Assembly: GCA_009859145.1 (NCBI GenBank)
Contig: VRVR01000033.1
Location: 1-64,000, forward strand
DNA: 64,000 bases
DNA from: Andalucia godoyi And28
Lineage: Eukaryota; Protista; Jakobida
Direction of reading: 5' to 3'
The notes under the pieces are model-generated. The model saw nothing but the letters and a program-made list of their open reading frames with translations. It did no database searches and had not been told where the DNA came from. Shown here piece by piece: positions 51,998 to 63,200 of this stretch. Made by a program: the position numbers and the translations under genes. Within the stretch, counting starts at the first letter, position 1, and each line of letters begins with the position of its first letter.

Positions 51998-54900
51998 ATG
52001 TTTGCGTACTTGTCGAAAAAGATTGCGATTCCCAACAAGACACGTTTGAAATGCGTTGCGTGGAACACAAATCCCGATGGCGGATACATTGCTTGTGGGG
52101 GAGAAGAGTCTCTTCTTAAAGTTCTGAAGCTGGAAGCTGGCGCTCTTCGCGAAGGAGATGCGATTTGCACGCTCGCAGCACCGACAACATTGACTATGAA
52201 TCAGTCGCTACCCAACCATTCCAACACGGTCTTCTCTGCGGTGTGGAATCCTGTGCATTCTAAACTAACCACAGTGGACTTGTCGGGCATGATCATCGTC
52301 TGGATGCTGCACAAAGGGCAGTTTGCGGAAGAAATGGTGAACCACCGCGATAATGCAACAGTCGCATCCATTGCTTGGTCGCATCAAGGCGATAAAATTT
52401 GCATTGTGTATGATGACGGACTTGTCATTGTGGGTTCTGTGGACGGAAATCGCATTTGGGGAAAACCGGCGCTCTCGTCGCAGCCGACTCCGCTGTCTCC
52501 CTGCAAGAATGCTCTCCAGTGGTCTCCGGATGGCTCAAGAATATTGGTTGGCACATACTCGGCAGGTTCTCGTACAGAGCTCGTCTCTATTGACTCCACA
52601 TCCGCGCAGGTTACTTCGGTATCCACTCTTGCTGCCTTGGCAGATGTTGCCGCGGACTCGTTCGTCTCTCTTCAGTGGTCTCCAGCGACCAATTTCATGG
52701 TCGCTGCGTTTTCTCGAGGAAGAGTCCAAATCATGAGGGCCGACGCGCCGCCTGACGAGGTTCCCATCATCATTGATACTAAAATGACCAATACCTGCGC
52801 GTGCGCGTCGCCTGACGGCACCCTCCTGGCGGTCGGAGGTTATATGAAAGGCGGCAGCTCGGGCAAGAGCGAGGGACACAACATGGTGCAGTTTTATGCT
52901 GTGCACAGCGGAAGGCATGTGTGCTCCCTCAAGGTGCCCGGGACCCCGGCCCTGGACTCCGTCTCGTTTGATGCCTCCGGCCTGCGCATTTGCATGGCAG
53001 TCGACGGTTATCTGTACTTTGCTCATCTGCGGCCGGCATACAAATGGGGGTTCTGTGCTCCTCACACTGTTGTGTACTCCTTTTTGAAGCAAAAGCGAAT
53101 CGAAACCGCGCTGATGTTCTGGAATGCCAAGTCTGGCGAGAAGCATTTGAAGTACGTCAAGCATTTCAAGCTGATGGCAACGCACAATGACCAGGCGCTG
53201 CTGTGTGCCAGGACAGATGATGACCAGCCCGCTGCATCGAATCCTCCAGGAAACAACACCAACACCGCGAATTCCAGTCCAAATGCCGGACCTGGTGCAA
53301 AAGAAGACCATGTGCTTGTCCTTTGCAATTCTATAGGGGCTCCACTGGACTCGAAACGACTCGTTGCCAGCGGGGAGCCTAGAGCAATCGGGCTTGCGTT
53401 GGGTGCTATTGCCTGCGCATTTGAAAACCATGTGTTGCTCTGGGCGAGGAATCAAGCGGGTTCGGCCACTGTGACTGCCGCAAATGTAGGCTCAGGTCAA
53501 GAGAGCTCGTCTTCTCTCTTCGGGAAAGAGCGAGTAGTGAAACTGGATGGTTCGGGAGATCCGATTTGCGCAATGTGCGTTTCCGATTCTTGTATCTGGA
53601 TTGGTCGGGAATCTGGTGTTTTGCTGCGGTATTCTCTCCCTTTGCTGCAACTTGACCAGAAGCTGATTCACAAGTCCAGACCACATTCGCTGCACCTGAA
53701 CTGCGTGGGCACAAAAGTCCTGGTTCTTGACGTCAATGGCAGTTTGCAGCTGTACGAGGCATACTCTTCAGGGTCTGCACTTTCTGCAAATTCTGGATCG
53801 AGTTCCGCTCCGGCTGGACAATCTACGCCGACGCTCCTGACTCGGCTGGAATCGTTTGAGCGAAAAGATGTTTGGTCTGTGGTGTGGGCGACGGACCATG
53901 CCGACCGGTTTGCCTGTGTGGAAAAGTCAAGACTGCTCATATTTAATGGTACTGAACCGGAGGATCCTCTGGAGTCTTCCGCACACGTTTGCGCCTTTGG
54001 AAATCTCAAGGTGAAAACGGTTTCGATTGACGATCTGGTTCGGTTTTCCAATCCCGAAACACCAATCCGGGAAACGTACTGCGTTCTGGAATCGAAGGCT
54101 TTGCGAGACACCCGAACGATGCTTGCTGCTGCATCGACGCAGTTTGCTGGATCCGGAAACAAAACCGAAAGCGTTTCTGCTTCCGCATCCAAGCCACAGG
54201 ACAACAGCAGTACGTCCCTGGCTCTCTCGGATGCATTCGCGTTCGTGAATCAGCATTCTCACCCTCGTCTTTGGAAGTTACTGGCGGAAGCTGCGCTAAC
54301 TCAGTTGGATTTCTCTCTTGCGGAGCGTGCTTTTGTGGCGTACCGTGACTATGCCGGGCTCGTTTTTGTGCGACGTGTGCGAAGACTTCGCGACCCGCGG
54401 CTGCAGAAAGCAGACGTGTTCACGTATTTCAAGCGCTTCGATGACGCCGATCGAGAGTATCGCAAGATGGATCGATCCGATCTGGCACTGGACCTGCGCA
54501 GACGGCTAGGCGACTGGACTGCGGTGATTCAGGCCCTGAATTCGCCCGGCTCAGCCTCCTCATTTGTCGGTGGCGATGGCATGGATGCACACGGCTCTGT
54601 ATCGTCGTCTGTGAGCGATGCCGATGTCATTCTGAAGGAAGCGTACCAACGATATGGTGAGTACTTTTTGGAGCGCCACCAGTACGCCAAGGCTGCACCG
54701 TACTTTCAGCAATCGGGGGATCTCGGAAAACTTGCGCTTTGCTATGATCGGCTCGACGACTTTTCTGCAATGGAGAAAATGGTGGAGACTCTCCCGTCCT
54801 GCTCACCACTTGCATTCGGTACGAAGACGGCCACTGCAGCCGTGGGCTCGTCCACCGAGCATGCTCCTGTCCTGGTTTTCCTCGGGAAGAGACTTGGTGC

Positions 54901-56239
54901 TGCAGGACTGTCCCGACGAGCCATGGATGCTTTTGTGAAAGCTGGTGATGTCAAGGCTGCAATTGACAGCTGCATTGCTCTTAACGAGTGGGAACGCGCG
55001 CTGCAGCTCGCTGCGACGACTGGCTATGATGGCTCCTCGGGCACGGGCAAGCAACAGGTGAATGTTGAAAAACTGCTCTCACAGTACGCAGCACATCTCA
55101 AGACGCAAGGTCAGATTGGCCAAGCGATTGAATTGTTCCGCAAGGCAAATCGACATGTGGAATCTGCAAAGATGCTTCAGCGCCTAGGTCTGGACGAATT
55201 AAAGGTTGTTGGGGCGAAAGCCAACCTTGCTCGTGTCAAGAAGATCTTTGTCCTTGCGGCGCTGGATATGGACCACTGGAAACGAGTTTCCCTGGCCTCT
55301 ACCGCCGTAGGAAACACAGCAAGCGGCTCGACGTCCGGCGCGGTTTCCGTATCGCAGAGAACTACCGCTGCTGCAACAGCATTTTTGGAATCCTTGATTC
55401 AGGAAGATCTGGATTCTGCATCGGCGGGATCTGCTTCTTCTGGTGGACGCTCCAAAAACAGCTCAGAAGGGTCCGTTGCTCGCGCCACCGTCGACTCGAA
55501 TGCCTGGCATGCTGCAGAAGGAGTGCACTTCTATCTCTTGGCGGAGCGCCACTTGTACGAAAAGCGATTTGTGGATGCTGTTCGGACCGCACTGTTGTTG
55601 ATGGCCTATGAGGATGTCCTGCCCGTGTTTGACGTGTACGCCTTGATTGCAGTGACTGCGTATCATGCTCGATGGTACGCGACGTGTGCGCGTGCATTTC
55701 TGCGCCTGGAGTCCATTGCACTCTTGTCTTCGTCTGCTGCTTCGGCTTCTGCGGTTCCCATTGCAGCCGGTTCATCTGGGAATGCAGGGTCTGGAGCGCA
55801 GGAAGAGTGGTCGCATCTGTTCCTTGATTCCACAGGCGTTTCTTTGTTCTCTGCAGGTGCCTCGAGTCCAATTGGTGGTTCAGGCTTGTTGCAATCGCGG
55901 TCCGTCGGCCAAACAGCTGTTGCAATCTTTTCTCGACATCCGCCCACCGATCCACCGACTGCGGATTCCGACAAGAAGCAAATTTCCATGTTCACTGGTG
56001 TGAATCTGCTCTCTGCTACGGGAGCAAGCTCGGATGATAGTACATTCTTGACGTCTGTCACGGACAGACCGGTTCCTTGCGTCGGTACTGGTCGTCTCTT
56101 GCCCGGATCCGCTGCCGTGGGTGGCTCTGCCGTGTGGAAATGCAAGGCCTGCCGCCATGTCATGATTGAGCAAGAAGTCGCTGCCAGAGTCGCCTGTCCA
56201 CTGTGCCACTCCGCAATCAAAACAGGATCGGGGCGATAA
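51998..56239 (+). CDS. WDR35: Intraflagellar transport protein IFT121/WDR35
   Basis: MFAYLSKKIAIPN, GYIACGGE..LLKVLKL, KLTTVDLSGMIIVW, QFAEEMVN, HPRLWKLLAEAAL, AWHAAEGVHFYLLAERHLY and a C-terminal C4 Zn motif. Confidence 0.95.
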   Translation: MFAYLSKKIAIPNKTRLKCVAWNTNPDGGYIACGGEESLLKVLKLEAGALREGDAICTLAAPTTLTMNQSLPNHSNTVFSAVWNPVHSKLTTVDLSGMIIVWMLHKGQFAEEMVNHRDNATVASIAWSHQGDKICIVYDDGLVIVGSVDGNRIWGKPALSSQPTPLSPCKNALQWSPDGSRILVGTYSAGSRTELVSIDSTSAQVTSVSTLAALADVAADSFVSLQWSPATNFMVAAFSRGRVQIMRADAPPDEVPIIIDTKMTNTCACASPDGTLLAVGGYMKGGSSGKSEGHNMVQFYAVHSGRHVCSLKVPGTPALDSVSFDASGLRICMAVDGYLYFAHLRPAYKWGFCAPHTVVYSFLKQKRIETALMFWNAKSGEKHLKYVKHFKLMATHNDQALLCARTDDDQPAASNPPGNNTNTANSSPNAGPGAKEDHVLVLCNSIGAPLDSKRLVASGEPRAIGLALGAIACAFENHVLLWARNQAGSATVTAANVGSGQESSSSLFGKERVVKLDGSGDPICAMCVSDSCIWIGRESGVLLRYSLPLLQLDQKLIHKSRPHSLHLNCVGTKVLVLDVNGSLQLYEAYSSGSALSANSGSSSAPAGQSTPTLLTRLESFERKDVWSVVWATDHADRFACVEKSRLLIFNGTEPEDPLESSAHVCAFGNLKVKTVSIDDLVRFSNPETPIRETYCVLESKALRDTRTMLAAASTQFAGSGNKTESVSASASKPQDNSSTSLALSDAFAFVNQHSHPRLWKLLAEAALTQLDFSLAERAFVAYRDYAGLVFVRRVRRLRDPRLQKADVFTYFKRFDDADREYRKMDRSDLALDLRRRLGDWTAVIQALNSPGSASSFVGGDGMDAHGSVSSSVSDADVILKEAYQRYGEYFLERHQYAKAAPYFQQSGDLGKLALCYDRLDDFSAMEKMVETLPSCSPLAFGTKTATAAVGSSTEHAPVLVFLGKRLGAAGLSRRAMDAFVKAGDVKAAIDSCIALNEWERALQLAATTGYDGSSGTGKQQVNVEKLLSQYAAHLKTQGQIGQAIELFRKANRHVESAKMLQRLGLDELKVVGAKANLARVKKIFVLAALDMDHWKRVSLASTAVGNTASGSTSGAVSVSQRTTAAATAFLESLIQEDLDSASAGSASSGGRSKNSSEGSVARATVDSNAWHAAEGVHFYLLAERHLYEKRFVDAVRTALLLMAYEDVLPVFDVYALIAVTAYHARWYATCARAFLRLESIALLSSSAASASAVPIAAGSSGNAGSGAQEEWSHLFLDSTGVSLFSAGASSPIGGSGLLQSRSVGQTAVAIFSRHPPTDPPTADSDKKQISMFTGVNLLSATGASSDDSTFLTSVTDRPVPCVGTGRLLPGSAAVGGSAVWKCKACRHVMIEQEVAARVACPLCHSAIKTGSGR

Positions 56240-56685
56240 ATGTGTAAACCTCATTCCTGTACTGTTCTGCTTCTTCTTAGTTTTCCTTTATCGTCATCGG
56301 CGGCGGTGGCGGCGTCATCACTGCTGCAAATATCGGTCTCGAAGCACCAAAAAGAAAATGATGGTCCTGTTGTACAACAAAAGTACACCAAGTGTCCGCT
56401 CGTATTGGTCATCGGCTTACGCTGTCACCGAAGTCAGATCCAAGCCACGTGTTGTCGGTTTCTTTTTATTTGGGACGAGCACCAACTGTTCAATGCAGAT
56501 TGCTTTACATCAAAAAAGGGTCGTCGCTTCTTCCTTCTGCTCTCTGCCTCCGACGAGAGGGTCGGGCATGGCCGGTTTTCGTTTGTTGGGAAGCTCTCTC
56601 TTTCGAGCCATGCGATGTTTTGTCTCTGATGAAAGGTGCTGCTTGAGGGTTCCATTATATTAAAAAACCAAACAAACAAAAGGAA

Positions 56686-56970
56686 TCATAGAAGCAGTAA
56701 GAAAAGTGAAGAATGAAAGAAATTTCTCGACTTGACCACCGTAAGAAAATCGTATTCGTTTGATCCTCGTTCAATGTTTGATACGCCAAACCGGTCAACT
56801 GTTTTGTTGCAGGCACGAACGTTGGGAAGTGCTCGGACATTTTCCCCAACTGGGAATGGATGGTTAGGATGAATGAAACCCCGAAGCTTGCGGAACGTTG
56901 AGGATCCTTCCGAGTTGCTAGGCTTTCCCAAGCTGTTTGCGGATTGTGCAGCGTTCTTTAGGTCCTGCAT
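56686..56970 (-). CDS. Possible small gene or first exon, unknown product
   Basis: ATG 56970 follows an A-rich leader; the 94-aa ORF ends in AT-rich, intron-like sequence. Confidence 0.3.
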   Translation of the reverse strand: MQDLKNAAQSANSLGKPSNSEGSSTFRKLRGFIHPNHPFPVGENVRALPNVRACNKTVDRFGVSNIERGSNEYDFLTVVKSRNFFHSSLFLLLL

Positions 56971-57219
56971 GTTTTTCTAACTTTTCTCTTTTTCTTTGCA
57001 TTTTCACTTTGCATTTTTTCTTTTTCTGATATTTTATTATTATTATTTTTTTTAATATTAAAAAAAATCTTTTTATCTTTCATCTACGTGAGATCGATGT
57101 TTCTTCTCTGTCGACCAATTTTTAATTAAAAAAAAAAGAAAAGAAAAGAAAGGAAAAGGAAAAGGAAAAGGAAAAGAAGAAGGGAAAAAAAGACGGACGA
57201 GGAAAAAAGAAAACAAGAA

Positions 57220-60200
57220 ATGGTTCGCAGCGGTCGCATTTTCAGCATTGATATTGCAGTTTTGTTGCTGTTGCTGTGTTTCCCTGCTTGTCGTGCACAG
57301 TCATGGACACCCGCTGCATTTTCGCTGCAGTGCCCATCGTATTTTTCTCAAGCAGTATGCGCCATTATCTCGAATGTGCAGACGATCCAAACAACGTATC
57401 CAAACATCTCGCTCAATCAACCACCATTGATACGCGGGAAAGTCACACTCTCTGCTCCGTGGTTCGTCTTACATTCTTCAATGTTTAGCTATTTTCAGTC
57501 TGCGTACACGAACTGGGACATCGACTTCTTTGCCTACTATTTCCTCATTTCTGGGTCGGACAATGCAGTCCTATCGCTACCGGGTTCCTCCGTCAGAATC
57601 ATTGCTCATGAAGTATCCATCAACGCTTCTGTAGTTTTTGATTTGCACGGTCAAAATGCAGATTCGATTTATGGTGTTCCGAGTGCTCCGCTACCGGCAC
57701 CAGTTGGTGCGCAAGCTGCCGCACTGGATATCCTCAATCTTTCCGACAACGGGATGAACCAGGGGTCGGTCGGCGCGGTGGGATCCAACGGTCAGAACGG
57801 ACTCACTGGTCAGAACGGAGGAAATTTCATGATCCATGCATACAATCTGTTTTCGTTCCCTGGAAAACAGATTTCAGTGAATCTGACGGGCGGTGTCGGT
57901 GGGACTGGACAGCCTGCTCAGAACGGTCAGCAAGGTGCGCAAGGTGGGGCGGGCTACACTGTCGGAAATCTCGTCCAGAATCCTCCGTACCCTTTCAATG
58001 ATGCTGGAGAAGCGCAGCTGCTGAACAACGGGCCAGAAACTTGCTGTCATTGGTCTGTTGAGGCGTACTACAGCGCCATCTATAGCGACTGGCCTGGAAC
58101 CGCTCCTGATTCTTGCTATCAGCAGCTCGCAGTGTATGGTAATGGGGATGACCCACCAGACACCTACAATGGTCTTTGCGCGGGACCCGGATTGGGAGGA
58201 AGCGGAGGAAGCGCAGGAGTCTCGGGCAATGGCGGGGTGGGTGGAAATGCAGGTCTTCTGACTGTTGAGGCCGTGACTGCGCAGTCCGGAAGCCTGGAAG
58301 GCGTTGTGAATATGGCAGGATCCTCGTTTGCTGGAGGTGCAGCAGGAGTTGGAGGAGCTGCTGCGTCAGGAGGGCTTCCAGGAGTCAGCGGCGACGGTAT
58401 GTGCACATACACGTGGGCGGTGCAAGCCAACATCGGATTCCATTTCACAATCTATCCGATGACACCAGATCCAAGTGCAGGATGCCCGCTGGGGGAGTAC
58501 GCGTCTTCCAGTGGCACAAATCCAAGCCCAGGCGTGACGCCCGTATCTGGCACGGATGGTGTTCCTGGAAATCCGGGATCGCCAGGAGCATCTTCCTCCC
58601 CGGCTTTCCAAACGCTTTCCGGTTACTACAATTTCTCGTTCAACGCCGATGCGACATCCAGTTTTGTTATTGCAGGCCAGAATCTTGCGGGAGCTCTGTC
58701 GTTCTTGATTCCGGTATTCAGTCAAGATTCTGGAAACCTTGTGAACCCCGTGCAAGGGCAGCTTGCCAAACAGGCTCTTTATGGATTCATGTACGACGTC
58801 GTTAGCATCGGAAATGCTCTCGGTCGCACTGATATCTCGACCTCTGCTACTTCGATCTTGAAGAATCTTCAAAACTCTCTTGATTCGAATTTCAATTCTC
58901 CAACTCAGATTCCCGTTCTCAATTATGATTCTCTGAATACAAATTTGCAGGCGTCTCTCTCGCTGGGACAGCAAATTGAAGCATTCTTCTTCAGCTATTT
59001 CAGCCAGCAGAATGCCCGTTCTCAGCAAATCACGTCCATCCAGACTGCGCTGCAGACGCTGCAGACGCAACAGCAGTCCTACCTTTCGACGATCACCCAG
59101 TTCTACAATACGCAATTGATGCCAACGTACAACATGTCTAGCAATCTATACAACGCAATGTTGGTGCAGCAGAATCTGGCATTTCAGGATCTTTCTGCAA
59201 TTACGCAATGCTTGCAGAATGCACAGCAGCAGGCAAATGTGCAGTATGACCTGCAAGTCATGGCAAATGTTATCATGATGGGCATCGCAATTGGTCCTGG
59301 GGTTGGGGATGCCGCTGGAGATGTATCGGATGTCGCAAACATGAATGTGGAAGACCCGGAAGACAATCACAGTCCCTTTTACAATCCGGATGTTTACGAC
59401 AATCCCCAGATCGGCATTGAACTGACAAACTGGAAACCCGATTGGGATACACGACTGAGCATTGCAAACGATGCAGGATCCATTGTGCAACCGTCGGTCT
59501 CTTCTGGTATTCCTGTCCAGACAATGCGCTCCAAGCGCCAGATCTCTGTGCGTGACGAGGGCGGTACTGATTTGTCTGCTGCGGGCGATGCTCTCATGGG
59601 AATCATGTTTGGTCAAGCACCGGACATCATGGGAACATACAATGACGGTATTGGCGTCGCCAGCATGTCTGCAATCATATCCGTGGTCTCGCAGGCGATC
59701 CCGTCGTTCACGTCTTTCAAGAACCAAGTCCGCTTGCTGGGGTCGTCGTCCTCTGTCTCGGATGCCATCAACTATGTGCAGCAGGCGACCACGCAGGGAT
59801 ACTCAAATCAGCAGATCATGGTCCAGCTGAACTCTGCGACGCTCCAGTCTTGGATCAGTCAGATCAGTTCTGCTTGCTTTTCTCAATCTTATCAGCTGGA
59901 GACGGATTTCAATCAATACGTTTCCATGCAGCTGAATTACAACCAGCTGCAGTTGGTCATTGCTGCGTACGAGTCCTACATTATGGCGCTCGCATCGTCA
60001 TACGTCCGTGCTACGCAGCAGTACAATGCTCTGCAGGAGGCCGCTCAGCAGCTCTATCCGAACCCGTCCGCTTCGTTCATTGCGACCACGATTAATAACT
60101 CTTACGTGTCTGCGATTCGTTCGTACGTATCGAATCTAGGTGCGTTTGTCAAAGGGTATCAATATGTAATGCTGTCCACAACCATGCTCAGCACCATTTC

Positions 60201-63200
60201 TTCTCAGTATACGGCGTGCATACTCAACACGCAGATTGGAACAGGGCAGTTCTTTTCGTGTGCTCCCATCATTTCCAGCACGGCAGCCCAGGCATACACG
60301 ACATGGGAAGCCTCCCAGTTCTCTGCTTCGCTGCAGCCATATCAACAGTTCATTACGTTTGTCGTGAATCCATCAACAGTGGGAGCCAGCTCGTGGAGTT
60401 CGTTTTTGAAAAACGGATCCGTTTCTTTCTGCATTGATCCATCCAACCCTGTGTTTTATCCAAGTGGTGTATACCTGAATCGCATCTTCTTGAGCACAGC
60501 GGTGATTCTCTTGAGAGGGACGTCCAATACCGGTGCAAAGAACTTCCTCTTGACGATGAACAGCCCCCAAGGCGTTGGAGTCCTTTCCCAAGATCCCGAG
60601 TCATCGCAAATTAACTTTTTCAAATTTGCGTACGCAGGGAATTCTCAGCTTGTTTCATACACTGGTCCTACCCCATCCCTAAGCTCCATCGGTGCAAACC
60701 TTCAGTCGTGGATTTCCACATCGGGCGTTGTTCTGACGGCGGCTTCGTACAACACGCAGACGATGACAAGCTCTGGTGCGTACATTGGGGTCTCTCCGTT
60801 CACATCTTGGACCATTTCATACCAAGGAAGTTTGCAGGATCTAGTCGGTGTTTCGCAAGTCGAATTTTTGATGTCGATCCAGTATCTCGATGTCGGTTCT
60901 CCCATTTTGCCGGCACCGATTGCGTCAGGATTTTATCTGTGTCCTCCGGTGCCGCAGCCGCCGAGTCCTTGGGCTCAGCCGCCGCCTGCCCCAAATGTCA
61001 CTGCAAGCGTCCTCGTCGGACAGCTCTCCTATGATCTGGGAATCTTCGTGAAGTCGGTTAATGCGTCTTGGAACGTCTCTGCCACTGCCTTTAACATAAC
61101 GAATGTGGCTACGGGTGCATCTGTGATGTCCTCTATCATTACAGCTTCCGCATCAGGGCGGTCGGTGCGAGTTTCCGGGGTCTCTGTAGGGGTCACCTAC
61201 AGTGTTTCGGTTGCTCTGATAAATTCGTTCGGATCGTCCCCGGTATCAGTGATGAATTACACTGTGCCAACTTCCAGGCCTCTTTCTCCAACTTTGGTGA
61301 CCGCTGCTGTTGTGAATGCCACAACGCTGAATGTTTCCTGGGTCCCCCCGACGTCGACAGGTGGTGTAGCTGTGCTGCGATACGTTCTTGGTCTCTCGCG
61401 GGCTGCCAAGCTGTTCAACGGCACCGCCCCATCTCCAATTCGAAAATGGAACATCTCCACGTGCTGCTCGACTGTGGTGTCCTATCCATTTCGATTTGCG
61501 CAAACAGGTGCGTCGTACCTGATCAGTTTGTTCGCTGTTAACAGTGTTGGGAGCTCCGCGGTTGCAGTGTCCTCAAACTTTTCAGTTCCCGACCTGCTGC
61601 CCGGCCCGCCAGCGAACCTGAATGTGGCTGTCTCCTGGCTTTCCGATGCCCGAAGCACCGTTACAGTGTCGTGGACCCCTCCGTCTTTCATCGGGTACAA
61701 TTCAACGGCCGTTTCCTATGACGTTCTGTTAACAGGCAGTGCGATACCACCAAAACCGATGATTGCAATCGCGTCCTCGAATGCAACCTTTACAGACCTG
61801 CCGTTTGGCTCCGTTTACTTCGTGACGGTGTGGTCCGTGAATTCACGTGGAAGATCGCTGTTGTCACGGAATACGACGTTTTCACTGCCAGTGGTGCCGC
61901 CGACGGCTCCGAAACTGACGTCTGTCGCCCAAGTCTCTCTTACAAGCCTCCTGAACGTGACCTGGAATGCAACAGCTGTGAAGAACGGAGGCTCCTTGCT
62001 ATCTCAGTTCTGGATCACTGTCAGGCTCAGCAATGCCACCGCGAATGCCACCCAATATGTGACGACGGTGGTGGCAGGGCAAGCGGTATCCTTTGTTGTC
62101 GTTTCGATCCCTTCCGCCTGGCCCTCTCGGTTCAATGCGTCGGTGAACGTGAAGAGTGTGAACGGGGCGGGTCTTTCGTCTCCCCAGTCCAATAGTCTGC
62201 TGTTCGAATTCCGCCGCCCGTCTGCTCTTCCGGACGCACCGACAGACGTACAAGCTGCTCGAAATGGAAATCGGCTAGGTATCTATTGGACGGCGCCATC
62301 CTTCACGGGTTCCACACCGATCCTGAAATTCTGTGTCGAAGTTTACTCGCGCTCGTGGTCCGATCAGTACTCCCTGCGCAATGGCTGCATTCCTGCTGCT
62401 TCGTCCGCTACATCCGTGAATACGACACTGAGCAAACCAGGAACCCAAATGATTGTCCGTGTTTCTGCTGTGAACAGCAACGGTACGAGCTCCTGGAGTC
62501 TGCCTGCGTACTTTAGTGTCCCGGCGAACGTTCCGAGCGAGCCTCCTTTTGTTGGTGCCTTTATTTTTTCTGCGGGGAATGTGACGATAACTTGGAGTAA
62601 GCCCGTTTCGGATGGAGGGGCACCACTTGTGAATTACACTGTACTGTGGAGACTTCTTTCTCCAAATGTCTCCGTTTCGTATTCTTCAGTTGTGGTTCCT
62701 GCGACCTTGACGTCCACGGATGTATCGTTCTCCAGCAATTCGTCTTATACCTACGAAGTTAAGGTGGCATGCAGCAGTTCTGCAGGAACGAGCAACTACT
62801 CTTCCCCGATTCAAGTGTCCAGCAAGGATCTTGGACTCGGCGTGGATCTGTCTCCATCCACGATCTTTGCCCTTCCGCCACTGTCGATTTTTCGGGCTGA
62901 GGAGGGTGTACCAAAAACATTAGACGGAGCATCGATTGCACTGACCGTGAAGCCAAACACGTTCGCGTCTCCGATTCGTTTTTCCGTGCTTGTGCCAACA
63001 GTTTTGAATGGAGCAATCTCGCAAGGCGTCAACCCCAACACCACGCTCCCGACCTTCGCGAACAGCAGCACATCGTTCACCGGCCTCACATTGTTCGTCT
63101 CTGCGACTTCTCAGTCATCTGGCCAGAAGGTGCAGCCGTCCGTCCCGATTCCCTTTTCCATTGGTATCTCGAAGAACTTTAGCAAGTCCGTTGCTAACGC

